Source: Ylistrum balloti (taxonomy: Eukaryota). From it: a stretch of DNA of 64,000 nt. Where the stretch lies: the NCBI RefSeq assembly GCF_031769215.1, contig NW_026782484.1:310001-374000 (forward strand), in the 5' to 3' direction. Position 1 is the stretch's first letter. Every line of letters begins with the position of its first letter. The notes under the pieces were generated by a model. That model was not told the DNA's origin. It ran no database searches and saw nothing but the letters and a program-made list of their open reading frames with translations. Positions 1 through 13,594 of the stretch are shown here, piece by piece. A program made the translations under genes and the position numbers.

Positions 1-322
1 GCTGCTAAAACATTTAAAAAGATTAACCGACTTCAGAAGTGTCCATTACTTAAAAGAAAATGTAATCAGCAACTTGGATTGACATGGCATTTACATGGCT
101 TGTGTCATCGATGGAGCAAAAACAGCTAACCCTCCAGAACACCTGGTCCTATTCTTCTATCACTTTTTTTCATGGGTCTAAGTATAATTCTTTCTTTTGT
201 TGATATTGTCTCCTAGTCTTATTGAATTTGTACTTGAATTATGATTAAGATGTCAGTTTTTGTTGTTGTTGTGCTTGTCTTAGTTATAACAACGGGAAGG
301 AAGCGGTGTTTAGGATACTTAC

Positions 323-3300
323 ATAGCTAACAAAAAGCCGAGAAATAAATATGCGGCCAGAACAAGAAAAGCTGTTCCCCGGAATGTATCCACGGTCTCC
401 CCATATATAGCGTTGGACGCCACACCGCCAAACAGTGAACAAAACGTTTCCACGATAGCCATCCCGCCAAACATACTACCTTTAATGATAACAGTCCCAG
501 TGAGAAATATACATCTACCATATCTAAAGACTACAATGCATGGCGACAGTGCCCAGAGACAGGTAATTTGTTAGATAAAGAACTACTCAGTGTAATCCTC
601 GCTAATTCTTTTGTCTGCATTTCTGTGCTCAAAGTTGACAATCTACATTGATATTGTATCAGAGAAAGTGTCTTAAGAACTGAAGTAACGTCACGTTCTA
701 AATCGTTCAATCTTGACAAACTACACTAAGAAATTATATTATTGTCTAGTTTTTTTATGATTTGAAATGTAGTTACAAGTTCACCAATGTTCGCCTCTTT
801 TTATGAAGAGACTTTTGTATTTTGTATATTTACACTTGTTTTCTATTCGATAGCCGTATCCAATATCTACTGACTTTCACGTGTTAAATCCATTTTTTTC
901 TCATTTAGCTAAAATAAGTTAAATCCTTTTGTAAAGAATGCACTAACTTAGTTTAATATCACCATTGGAATATAAGAATGTATCAGTTTGACCAACCAGA
1001 GCGGTGACTTCAAGTCACGGCATTGGAATTCACACATTTTCCTGTTCAGACGCAAATTAAGCTTATGTTGAATAAGTTGGTTTACGATATAATAATTTTC
1101 TTGTGTACATTTAAGATTTTCTCTAATTTGGTATATAAAAACTGGTTTGTAAGCAACTCTTTCCAGATAACAGTATTATAGAGATAGAACAGAAATCGAA
1201 ATAGGGTGATTAGGAAGTGACAGACCTGCCCTGGAAGCAAAATATCCAGCAGGTGATGAGTAACAATAGTTTCTGGACTGGAAACCAGCTTAGTAACAAT
1301 AGGTATAGGTAAGTAGCGTGGTAAAATACAATGCAAAGCAGACTATTCAATATGGCGCCGTCTTAATATCAAGATAACTTGAAACTATCTGAAGTAAAAG
1401 AGCGCGTAAATATTTCCTATATATACCTACATTTTTCAAACATGCGTCGCACTTGTAAAATATATATTCGTGAAAGATATGTAGTATTAAACTGGAAACC
1501 ATTAAATATCATCTATATATCAATTGCATGTTAGAATTAGGACATATATAAGGCTTTGTTTTTAGTATATCTAATTAAGTCAATAGAAACGAGGAAATAA
1601 GTTCCATTGGTATACTTCACTATAACACATAAATATCGACCTCGTTATAGCATGTTAATACCTAACTCGTGTGTATATACCAGTACCGACTTCGTAATAT
1701 ACGAATGCTGACTTCATTATAACGACAGTACTGACCTGATTATAACATACCAGACTAGTACTGACCTGATTATAACTTACCAGACCAGTACTGACCTGAT
1801 TGTAACATACCAGACCAGTACTGACCTCTTTATAAAATACCAGTACTGACCTCATCATAGCATAGAAGTACGAGTATCGACCTCGTTATAACATACTTCT
1901 TCTCATATGATATATCAGATATGATCAAACTCCTGTAACAGCATACAACCTTGTTTATCCTGTGGTGTTAGACGTGACATGACTCCTCGAAGTACCGGTA
2001 CTGCCATAGTCCTAGCAAAGCTCAATACTGGGACTGAAATTAAACCAAATCACTTGATACATAACCATAGAGAAAGCTGTAGAAATATATATCCATCAGT
2101 AATGATTCAGCCAGATAACCTCGAAGGTTTGAAACACATTTAAACATTTCGTCTGATATATCTTACTTGGTATCACGTTAGAATAGCATCCTCTGATAAA
2201 TCTTACTTGGCATCACGTTAGAACACCCTCTTATGATATATCTTATTGGTATTATGTTAGAATACCATCCTCTGATATATCTTTCTTGGTATATCGTTAG
2301 AATACCCTCTTTTGATATATCTTTCTTGGTATATCGTTAGAATACCCTCTTCTGATATATCTTACTTGGTATCACATAAGAACACCCTCCTCTGATATAT
2401 CTCATTGGTATCACGTTAGAATACCCTCTTCTGATATATCTTACTTGGTATCATGTTAGAATACCCTCTTCTGATATATCTTACTTGGTATCACGTTAGA
2501 ATACCCTCCTCTGATATATCTTACTTGGTATCACGTTAGAATACCTTTCACTAATATATCTTTCTTGGTATCACGTTAGAATACCCTCTTCTGATATATC
2601 TTACATGGTATCACGTTAGAACACCCTTCTCTGATATATCTTACTTGGTATCACGTTAGAACACCCTCCTCTGATATATCTTTCTTGGTATATCGTTAGA
2701 ATACCCTCTTCTGATATATCTTACTTTGTATCACATTAGAATACCATCCTCTGATATATCTTTCTTGGTATCACGTTAGAATACCCTCTTCTGATATATC
2801 TTACTTGGTATCATGGTTAGAATACCCTCCTCTGATATATCTTTCTTGGTATCACGTTTGAATACCCTCTTTTGATATATCTTACTTGGGATCACGTTTG
2901 AATATCCTCTTTTGATATATCTTACTTGGTATCACGTTAGAATACCTTTCACTAATATATCTTTCTTGGTATCACATTAGAATACCCTCTTTTGATATAT
3001 CCTATTGGTATCACGATAGAACACCCTCCTCTGATATATCTTACTTGGTATCACGTTAGAATACACTCTTTTGGTATATCTTATTGGTATCATGTTAGAA
3101 TATCCTCTTCTGATATATCTTATTGGTATCATGTTAGAATACCCTCCTCTGATATATCTTATTTGATATCACGTTAGAATACCCTCTTTTGATATATCTT
3201 ACTTGGTATCACGTTAGAATACCCTCTTCTGATATATCTTACTTGGTATATCGTTAGAATACCCTCCTCTGATATATCTTACTTGGTATCACGTTAGAAT

Positions 3301-6192
3301 ACCCTCTTCTGATATATCTTACTTGGTATCACGTTAGAATACCCTCTTCTGATATATCTTACTTGGTATCACGTTAGAATACCCTCCTCTGATATATCTT
3401 ATTTGATATCACGTTAGAATACCCTCTTTTGATATATCTTACTTGGTATCACGTTAGAATACCCTCTTCTGATATATCTTACTTGGTATCACGTTAGAAT
3501 ACCCTCTTTTGATATATACTTGGTATCACGTTAGGATATATCACTTTGATATATATTGGTATCACGTTAGAATACCCTCTTCTGATATATCTTTTGATTA
3601 CTTGGTATCACGTTAGAATACCCTCTTCTGATATATCTTACTTGGTATCACGTTAGAATACCCTCTTGGTATACGTTAGAATACCCTCTTCTGATATATA
3701 TGGTATCACGTTAGAATATCTGATATATCTTACTTGGTATCACGATATAATACCCTCTTGGATATATCTGATATCTTTTGATATATCTTATGGTATCACG
3801 TTAGAATACCCTTCTGATATATCTTACATGGTATCACGTTAGAACACCCTCCTCTGATATATCTTACTTGGTATCACGTTAGAATACCCTCTTCTGATAT
3901 ATCTTACTTGGTATCACGTTAGAATACCCTCTTCTGATATATCTTACTTGGTATCACGTTAGAATACCCTCTTCTGATATATCTTACATGGTATCACGTT
4001 AGAACACCCTCCTCTGATATATCTTACTTGGTATCACGTTAGAATACCCTCTTCTGATATATCTTACTTGGTATCACGTTAGAATACCCTCTTTTGATAT
4101 ATCTTACTCGGTATCACGTTAGAATACCCTCCTCTGATATATCTTACATGGTATCACGTTAGAACACCCTCCTCTGATATATCTTACTTGGTATCACGTT
4201 AGAATACCCTCCTCTGATATATCTTACATGGTATCACGTTAGAACACCCTCCTCTGATATATCTTACTTGGTATCACGTTAGAATACCCTCCTCTGATAT
4301 ATCTTACTTGGTATCACGTTAGAATACCCTCTTCTGATATATCTTACATGGTATCACGTTAGAACACCCTCCTCTGATATATCTTACTTGGTATCACGTT
4401 AGAATACCCTCTTCTGATATATCTTACTTGGTATCACGTTAGAATACCCTCCTCTGATATATCTTACTTGGTATCACGTTAGAATACCCTCTTCTGATAT
4501 ATCTTACATGGTATCACGTTAGAACACCCTCTTTTGATACATCTTACTTGGTATCACGTTAGAATACCCTCTTCTGATATATCTTACTTGGTATCCCGTT
4601 AGAATACCCTGTTCTGATATATAATTATACTTTGCGCTAATCAAATATCTGCAAGAAATATACAGTGCAATGAAATCTGTTAGAATTCTACAATAAATCA
4701 ATATCTAAATATAGATCTGCAGTATTCCTATATCACGATATCCTAATAAAATTCTAAAATTCGGTAATATAACGAATAATAATGTAATCAACATTTCACG
4801 AATCCCATTGGAGCATAGTGTTTTGTTATACATTATAAATATGTTCTATTCTTAGAATAAAGATGGAAAGTTGCTTTAATTACCTGGGAGAGAAGTCCCA
4901 GACAAACACAAAGTAATCTGGGGAAAAGTGTCACCGAATATTAAATGAAATAGTTATCGGACATTAAAAAAACTACACCCACCGAAGAATAGCATCAATG
5001 TAGTATAGGACAACGCCTCTAGTACCATCCCAGTAAAATTAGACAGAACAGCTAGAACGGCTATGAGTGTCTCTTCTAGACACCACTGTAATGGACGAAA
5101 TAGTAGCATTCCTGTCACGAACGGTAATCCATGGTTTATAGCAGCATAGTTTCCAACCTCCACTGAACTCCAACAAAATGGCGAGTTCAAGCCATACAAA
5201 GTTTCTATTCCATGAGAACCGATTGCTGCCTGAATGTTCAGGAAATAGATCACCATGCACACTAGAAATATTTTTCTTTTCCCATTGATGGAAATGTCTC
5301 TGAAGTAAAACACGTAAATGTCGACTGCAAGTTTAGCAACAGATTTCCTCTGATCGTCCTTTGGTTTGCGTAACGTTTCTTGTACAAAAATCAACAACAA
5401 TATTGGTACAAGCGAACAACAAGAACTTATTACTAACACATACGTGAAACCTTTTGCTCGAATTATAAAACCGGAAGTAAAACCTCCGATTATTAGCCCA
5501 AATCCTAAAGACAGTTCGGTCATCGCTATAGCAAACGTCCGCGTCTTTCCCGGCTCTGTGATGTCAGCAACCATGGACATGACAATAGACATAGCAAGAA
5601 CCCAGCCTCCTCCAACTCCGTCAATAAAGCTAAAAATAATGAACACGTAAATGTTCCAGTTGAGATATGTCCCTAAAGTAATAAGAATACATTTAAGCAT
5701 GTTTGCTATAAAAGGGATGAGGAGAATGATCTTTCTGCCATATCTATCACTAAAAGAACCGTACAAGAAAATGCTCAGTGTTCCAGGAATTCCTTTCGCC
5801 AAATCCAAGTAGATATTGAGTTGAGCTGCTAGTTTTTGTACAGTCTGTTGATCGTGAAATAGCTGTGATGTTATGTTTATCTCACATTTCGATTCGTTAC
5901 TACTGAAACTTACATTTGGGAACCTATCCCTGCGGATGTAGGCGTACATGTACTGTGTTGTGACGAGCTGGGCAAGTATGAAGCTGTAAATAAGAGACAC
6001 CATTATGAATAAGAGTAACATAAATCTTCCCATTGTACGTTTGCCGGTTTTGATTTCTGCTACATTCTGATTATCTGCATTGTTAGACCACTTATTATCT
6101 GTAGAATCCGAGACCGCATAGACTGCCTGTAGAGGTAAAGGTTCCTTACTCTCCGATGGCTGCAGAGAATAATTCTGACGCCGATCCATCAT
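323..6192 (-). CDS. SLC46/PCFT-like MFS transporter, paralog A (3' end incomplete in window)
   Basis: Coding exons 6192-4983 (ATG just after acceptor at 6205/6206, donor G|gtggg), 2033-1950 (84 bp, VPVLSFARTMAVPVLRGVMSRLTPQDKQG) and 479-323 (157 bp, GSMFGGMAIVETFCSLFGG...). Frames join correctly. SDRYGRK and ETLYGLNSPFCWS motifs are typical of SLC46. The terminal exon was not securely found; a possible acceptor lies at 5/6, with the exon running off the window start. Confidence 0.9.
1630..1900. repeat. Degenerate 30-bp tandem repeat in paralog A intron
   Basis: Unit TTATAACATACCAGACCAGTACTGACCTGA; several well-preserved copies at 1740-1830, decaying on both flanks. Confidence 0.85.
2140..4620. 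repeat. 40-bp minisatellite (~60 copies) in paralog A intron
   Basis: Unit CTGATATATCTTACTTGGTATCACGTTAGAATACCCTCTT repeated head-to-tail, no spacers. Confidence 0.97.
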
Positions 6193-6429
6193 CACAGAGT
6201 TCACCTACAATATGAATGTCTTTATTATACAAATGTAAGTACAATAATGTATAATGATCTTTTACATCTGATCTTCATACTCGTGACACTGACGTGATGT
6301 ACTGATTATGGCTACGTCTTCGACAGAATGTCACCGACAAATTGTGATGGTTCTGGCTTTGTCTTAAGCTAACTGAATACGGTTGCAATTGGCTGATAGT
6401 GACGTTAAAATATATTGACGGATTGTGAC

Positions 6430-6790
6430 GTTGTGATTCACATGGTGTGACGTTGAGATTAACCTAGTGAATTTGACGTTTTGTTTGCAGAAGGGGGCGT
6501 TGTAATTGACTGACTGATGTAGAATTTGTGTTTGACTTCGTGTGATGTTAGGATTGAGTCACTGACTTTTACGTTAGTTTGATAAAGTAGGACGATGCGA
6601 CTGACTGAATTTGACGTTTTCTTTGGAAGAGTGGAGGGTTGCAATTGACTGATTATGGTGTTGGGATTGACTGAGTTTGTTGTTGTCTTTGAAAGAGTAG
6701 GACGTTGTAATTGACTGACTGATTGTGACGTTCTGATTGACAGAGTGGGACGTTGTAATTGACTGATTATGATGTTTAGGTTTATTAATT
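6430..6790. repeat. Degenerate ~44-bp tandem repeat in 5'UTR intron of paralog A
   Basis: Best unit 6717-6760 GACTGATTGTGACGTTCTGATTGACAGAGTGGGACGTTGTAATT, with decayed neighbours. Confidence 0.7.
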
Positions 6791-7636
6791 GTGATAGGAA
6801 ATGGGACAAACTTTTAATGACATTAAATCTTTCAAGGAATCTAACGACACAATGGTCACAGTTGCCTAATCCTTGTAGACAGCGTTTGCTGCTAATTCTA
6901 CACTTGTTCTTGCATAGAAACCTTCTTACAGTTCGATGATGAGAAATTCCGGACCAAAACAAATACATATGCGCAGATGTCTTATGATATGTAATAGTTT
7001 AAAACCTACATCATCCTGTTTTTGAAACAAGAAAACACATCACATTCACATATCATATTTTGATTTAATCTTCTGACAAAACTCTGACTTAATAACACTT
7101 AGATAAGTATAGATGTAGGGCCTATAATGACGGTAACGCAATAATATTTAAACGTTTTTGATAAGAAATGGTTATGCAGTGTCTAAAACTTTTGTTTTCA
7201 TGATAAATCTTTTGTCTTACCACATATTTGTAATAATGACCAATCTTATCAATAGGTTAACGCAAACTGTTCTGTTACATAATGTTACAAAGTGTCTACC
7301 TTTGGAAAGGAAACTATCAGTTCACAGGAACATTATGGTAATAGGTCTACCATGTTGCCTTCGAATCTCACCAGATACTAGACAAATCCAATACTAATAA
7401 AAATATGCAACACCAAAAATAATAATTATATCATTGGTAGAAAACTTTCATCGTTAAACTTTGAGTATATAAGTATCAGGACTTTTATTCTATGTATTAT
7501 ATGAAAGAAAGAACTTTGAACTCGGGTATTCGTAATCGGTCGACTATTTAATTGAACAAGAGTTAACAGCTCGATAACATTAGAATCCATTCCTGACATT
7601 TGTCACTAATGTGCTTAATAAAGAGGATATACGTAC

Positions 7637-7700
7637 CTTGGCGTGAGCCGTGTTATTGACCCTTGGCTTATATATGTACCTCTGACGATAAATAAAGATA
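7637..7700 (-). other. Probable non-coding first exon of SLC46 paralog A (upstream boundary approximate)
   Basis: Donor CCAAG|gtacgt at 7637/7636. The exon end CACGCCAAG|gta is shared with the equivalent site of paralog B at 13418, while the flanks differ. Confidence 0.6.
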
Positions 7701-7899
7701 GTAAAATGAAGTCGGTGCACATCATCGCGCTATCGTTATCATTGCTAATTGTTTAACTATGGTAGCTCTAAACCGGAAAAGAAAGTTCCACACATAAAGC
7801 TTTGTTTACATATACTGGCACAAGGTTTGTTGACGCTATCGTAAATTTTGTCTTGTACATGAATGTTGATACCATGATAAATTTTGTCCTGAAAATGCA

Positions 7900-8340
7900 A
7901 TTCATGTTAATTTTTGTCCTGTAAATGCGTGTTATGTTTTGTCCTGTAAATGCCGTGTTATGTTTTGTCCTGTAAATGCCGTGTTATGTTTTGTCCTGTA
8001 AATGCCGTGTTATGTTTTGTCCTGTAAATGCCGTGTTATGTTTTGTCCTGTAAATTGATGCCGTTCTGCGTTCTTCCTGTAGGTTGCTGATTTGTTTTGC
8101 GCTGTAAATTGGCGGTTTGGTTTGCTTTGTGCTGTAATTTGATGCCGTGTTATGTTTTGTCCTGTAAATTGATGCCATGTTGTGTGTTGTCATGTAAATT
8201 AATGCCATGTGTGTTGTCATGTAAATTGATGCCAGGTTGTGTGTTGTCATGTAAATTGATGCCGTGTTGTGATTGGTCGTGTAAATTGATATCATGCCAA
8301 ATTTTGTCCTTTATATAAGCGTCATGGTTTGTTTGCTTTT
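7900..8340. repeat. 26/30-bp tandem repeat
   Basis: Unit GTGTTATGTTTTGTCCTGTAAATGCC, with 30-bp variants carrying an extra TTGA. Confidence 0.9.
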
Positions 8341-8888
8341 CTGTCTCAATGTTCTGGCTTTCTGCCATAATTAAATTTAGATATTGACTTTTTATTATAC
8401 ATTAAGATCATTACCCTTCCAAATTTCTTTAATCTGTCTATTTTGAAAGTGAGTAAACATCTCACCGCCGACCAGCTGGGGATGACGAGATTGGCCACAG
8501 TCAATTATTTTCTGAACAGCTGATGCTTTCACAGCTTGACAACATTTTGCAGTTAACAGTCTTCTCTAGATAACGCTTATCACGAGTACCCGATATTTAA
8601 TTGAAGTCATTATCCAGAACGTTCTCGACGGGACAAAGTACATCTGTCCCTAAAGAATGATATTTTGATAGTCTCAGCTATTCATATATCTAAAACAACA
8701 AGTGTGACGTGACCGGTCCGATACATAAATGTCGTATTTTTTCAATCATCTCTATGTAAAAAGTCCTTCCACTGAGAAATATACTTAAAATAAAAACGTA
8801 AATATGATGGAATTTTTTATAAACAATTCTTTGTTGATGGTGAAAAGATAACCCAGCCGAAAACTAAAAACCCATAGAACAACTGTTA

Positions 8889-8932
8889 GTATCTCTGACG
8901 AGTCCTAGGGGACCAAAACAGCTATATGATGC
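8889..8932 (+). ncRNA. Decayed minimal type I hammerhead ribozyme motif (copy 1 of a tandem pair)
   Basis: CTGACGA-GTCC-TAGG-GGAC-CAAAA-CAGCTA-TA-TGATGC. Core strand 1 and stem II are intact; the GAAA strand is mutated. Confidence 0.55.
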
Positions 8933-9098
8933 AGTTTACTTCATTAATTAGTTCAACTGTTTCTTAATCCAATTTGTATTAAAAGGTGATATTCACTTAT
9001 GTGTCGCATGCTAGTTCCCGAGGTTTGCCGTTTGACATTTCTTTCGATCACTATGTATTGTCTTCAGTCGTCTACTAAGTTTAAAATTTAGGTCCTTA

Positions 9099-9142
9099 GC
9101 ATCACCGACGAGTACTAGAAAGACGAAACAGCAGTATGTTGC
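9099..9142 (+). ncRNA. Decayed minimal type I hammerhead ribozyme motif (copy 2, 210 bp after copy 1)
   Basis: GCATCA-CCGACGA-GTACTAGAAAGAC-GAAA-CAGCAG-TA-TGTTGC. U4 is changed to C and stem II is weakened; downstream flank is homologous to copy 1 and to the 61.7 kb copy. Confidence 0.55.
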
Positions 9143-9600
9143 AGTTTAATTCATTGTTTAGAAATACAGTATCTTATCTAAATTTGTATTAAAAGATGGA
9201 ATTCCCTTGTGTGTCTTTTGAACACTCTTTTCATACGAAGCTGAATTTAAACAGAGGACAAAAGACCTTGCCATATCCATTAATTTCACTCTTTTTTTTT
9301 TACTAATGATGAATTGTGATTAACAAGAAATGTACTGAATTTGCTGTTTACAAGAATTGTAAATGGACGCAACAGACTCTTCTACATCAGCCGCTTACCT
9401 CAATCTTTCTCTACAAATAGCATTGTATTTATACAAAATTATATTGTAATTATATGGTTAATAAGTGTTAAACCAGGAACAGTTAATATCCAGCATAATA
9501 TTATACATAATGAGTTGGACATCTTTTTTGTGTGTGTGTTGCCAGTCGTTTCAGACATCTTAACACTCGGTGTTAATGGAGGTAATCACTGACAAAATAA

Positions 9601-12600
9601 TCACGCTTCATCCGCCTTGCTCTTTCTATTTAACACGTACAGCACGCTGGAATACAGAAAAACAAATCAATAAAGATAATTGGTTAATAATAAGTACGAT
9701 GTAGCCATAGGATTATTTTTATTTTGAAAATGAGAACATATACATAAAAATAACATCCCTTTCACCAGGAGCCGCCTGATTTGACCTAAATGTGACCATT
9801 ATTTTTCCATTTCGATGAATTCGGATAGGAAATCGCAAGAAGTATATCCAAATATCAATTTTCAGAAAAATATATCATGAATTTGTGTCATGTATTTAAA
9901 TGTTTTATATTATAATCGTACAGATCTTCATAGTTTCCAGTTGCTAACGGAAGCAATTTGCGTTAAAACAGCTTCAAATGCATTTTGGCAAACCTATAAA
10001 TTTTTTAGGCAACTGAACCTAATCCAGTGTTATCAGAGGCATCTTAAATTTTATGCTCAAAAATTGGTACAAGCATGCGCAGATACCGAAACTTTCAAAC
10101 TTTCAAAATTGATTTTGCGATTAGAATGTCGATGATATTTTACATCAGTGTCTATAGAACAGACAGTAAGACGTTTCTCTCAAGTTAGTGTACTGTTCAT
10201 GGGGTCGGACGTTCCATCTCCACTACCGAAATCATGATATTACACGTATTATTTTTTGCTTGTTTTCAACGCACATTTTTCACAAACTAATTCAATTGGC
10301 AAGTTTTTTTAATCTAAAAATTCATTTTTTACATTCATTGCGACAAGTACTGGCAAAAACTCGACATTATTTTTGGAAAAATAAACTCAGCCGATGAGGT
10401 ATATGATAGTGCTAGTGACATTGAGTCCTAGTGCCGGAGACAAGGTAGAATGTTTTCTCAATGCTCAATAAATCTTATAAACGTTCAAATATCAGGGAGC
10501 AATTCGGCCTTTGAATTGGCATTTTGTGTTGCCTTTTCTTTCAAATTCTACAACTGTGTTCGCCAGCGACGTACATATTCTTTAATTAGATACGATGAAT
10601 CCGAATGCACGTTTACCGGTCGTCATTAGTCATGTTTTTAGGTAGACCAAAGTCGGTGAACTGAAATAAGTGTTCAATCACAGAAAAGTGTCATACCTTT
10701 TTGAATTTAAAGGTGTCACTTGTCTTTTTTTATATAAAAGTTTCTGTATTGATAAACATGCAATACAATATAAGATATCTAATAGTAATTTTGATTGTTA
10801 AAAAATGTATAGTTATTACAGATACTTACAAGGATAACACTAATGCGATAAATAGAAATCCGGCCAGAAAAAGGAATGCTGCTCCTCGGAATATCTCCAC
10901 GGTCTCCCCGTATATAGCGTTAGAAACCACACTACCATAAAGTGAACAAAACGTCTCCACGATAGCCATCCCGGCAAACATACTCCCTGAATTAAAATGT
11001 TTCATTGATCTATGTGTAACGATAAACCGGAGGCAAAATATGAACAAAGTAAAGAAATACATGGAGACACATCACACAGCATTATCTATATCTTTCGATT
11101 TCGAATGTTTTTGGTCCCGACAACCACTAACAAGTACCAGAAGAACGAAACTGCTGTATGATAGAGCATACAATTATGGACCTCATTAAAACAGACGAGT
11201 ATTTACCTTGTTTGTTGTGAGGTGTTAGACGCGACATAATTCCCCGAAGTACTGGCACTGCCATGGTCCTAGCAAAGCTTAACGCAGGAACTGAAACAGA
11301 CAATACATGACTGTATCTGTGACGATGTTATTCATTATAAAATAATGGAGACATGTTGCCTTTAAAAACGAAGTATCACCGAGATGACATACAGGAGGTT
11401 TGTTCTTTGATGTGTTATACATACACATAGCCTACTCACCGAGGAAAAGCATCACAGTGTTGTAGGAAAATGCCTCCAGAACAAACCCAGCGAAATTGGA
11501 GAGAACTGCCAGGATAGCTATGAAACCCTCGTCTAAACACAGTTGTAAAGGACGAAACAAAAGCAGTCCTGTGGCAAAGGGTAGACCCCCACGCAACGTT
11601 ATGTAGGTACCTACTTGCACAGAACTCCAGCAAAATGGCGAGTTCAAGCCATACAAAGTTTCTATTCCATTTCCACCGAACGCTGCCTGAAGGATGCAGA
11701 AATATATTAGCAGACACACTACAAATATCTTTCTCTTTCCCTTTATGGAGCTGTCTCTAACGTAAAACACATAAATGTCTACAGCAAACTGTGTGATAGT
11801 TTTCCTTTGATTGTCCTTCGACTTTTTGAAAGTCTCTGGTACGAAAATCAACAATATTACGGGAATAAGAGAGCAACAGGAACATACTAGCATTGAGTAT
11901 GTGAAACCTACCGCTTTTATTAAGAAGCCGGAAGTAAAACCACCGATTATCAACCCAAATCCTAAAGATATTTCGGTCATGGCTATTATAAATGACCGAG
12001 TCTTTCCTGGCTCTGTGACGTCAGCAACTATGGACATAACAACAGACATGGCTAAAACCCAGGTTCCGCCAATTCCGTCAAAGAAGTTGAAAAACATGAA
12101 TGTATAAATGTTCCAGTTAAAGAACATCCCTAAAGTTATCAGAATACATTTAATCATGTTTCCTGCGAAGGGGATGAGGAGGAAGGGTTTCCTGCCATAT
12201 TTATCACTCAGAGAACCGTAAAACCAAATGCTTAGTATCCCCGGTATCCCTTTTGCCAACTCAAGGTAGATGTTGAGCTGTGCTGCGTGCTTTTGGACGA
12301 TCTGTTGGTCGCTGTACACCTGTGATGTTTTGTTGATTTGACACTCCGACTCGTTAGTACTAAAACTTACATTAGGAAACATAGTCTTGCGAATGTAGGC
12401 GTAGATATATTGTGATGTGATGAGCTGGGTGAGTACGAAACTGTAAATAAGCAACAGCATGATAAATACGAGTATTAAAAACCTAACAAGCGGTTGTCTG
12501 CTTTTTATTTCTGCTACAGTAAGATCATCTGAATGGTCGGATGATTTGACGTCTACACTCGCCGAGACCACTGTGTCTGAATGTTGTTCTTCCGAAAAGC

Positions 12601-12697
12601 TATTCCTAATCGAGACACACGTGCCTTTTGATGTGAATGTCGGTAGGGATTCTTTATTCTCCAAAGTCTGCAGTGAATAATTCTGACGTTGAGCCAT
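9601..12697 (-). CDS. SLC46/PCFT-like MFS transporter, paralog B (~514 aa)
   Basis: Exons 12697-11440, 11290-11207 (84 bp), 10986-10830 (157 bp) and 9646-9601 (FVLYVLNRKSKADEA*). All introns GT-AG, phases 1/1/2, 1545 bp in total. SDKYGRK motif. Confidence 0.92.
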
Positions 12698-12804
12698 AAT
12701 TAACTGAAATATAAATATTCTCAATTCATTCAAACAGTAAACAATATCACAGACATACGTACCTTATTGGAAGGTTGTAAGATCAGAATGGAATTAAATA
12801 AATG

Positions 12805-13175
12805 GTCATGACTTTGTGACAGACTGATTGTGAGGGTATGATTGAATAAGTGTGACTTTGTGACAGACCGATTGTGAGGGTATGATTGAATAAGTGTGAC
12901 TTTGTGACAGACCGATTGTGAGGGTATGATTGAATGAGTGTGACTTTGTGACAGACCGATTGTGAGGGTATGGTTGAATGAGTGTGTCTTTGTGACAGAC
13001 TGATTGTGAGGGTATGATTGAATAAGTGTGACTTTGTGACAGACCGATTGTGAGGGTATGATTGAATAAGTGTGACTTTGTGACAGACCGATTGTGAGGG
13101 TATGATTGAATAAGTGTGACTTTGTGACAGACCGATTGTGAGGGTATGATTGAATGAGTGTCTTTGTGACAGACT
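12805..13175. repeat. 44-bp minisatellite (~8 copies) in 5'UTR intron of paralog B
   Basis: Unit GACCGATTGTGAGGGTATGATTGAATAAGTGTGACTTTGTGACA. Confidence 0.95.
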
Positions 13176-13417
13176 GTTTGTTATGTAATGTAATTTCGAA
13201 AGAGCTAATAAATAAAAGATGGATGATAAACGTTAAAAAACAACAGAAATATAAAACATTAACATTTGCATTTCATGAGGGCAAATTTGGTTTATCTAAT
13301 GATGATTTTACCAAAATTACTCGTTATTCTCTACTTTCAAACATCAAGTCAAAGTTATTCGTGCCATCTGTAGACTAATGTAGATGAACACAAGCATAAT
13401 GAAAAAGATATACCTAC

Positions 13418-13490
13418 CTTGGCGTGGACTGTGTTGTTCTCAGTGTACTTACGTATGTATACATATCAACCACTGACCACAGATATCAAC
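13418..13490 (-). other. Probable non-coding first exon of SLC46 paralog B (upstream boundary approximate)
   Basis: Donor CCAAG|gtaggt at 13418/13417, homologous to paralog A site 7637; TATA-like run near 13525-13532. Confidence 0.55.
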
Positions 13491-13594
13491 TTACTATCGT
13501 TATCATTTTTAATTATCAGCTAGCAAAGAAAGGAAGGACACTTATATATACATTTAAATGCATTTTACGTGCCACTAGTTAATGCCGTCACTTA

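Noticed and set aside
110-235. Alternative terminal exon for SLC46 paralog A (ITNSIRLGDNINKRKNYT*)
   Set aside because: The acceptor lacks a polypyrimidine tract; a better acceptor lies at 5/6, so the exon probably runs off the window.
7984-8368. Overlapping ORFs with Cys- or His-rich periodicity on both strands
   Set aside because: All fall within the 26/30-bp tandem repeat.
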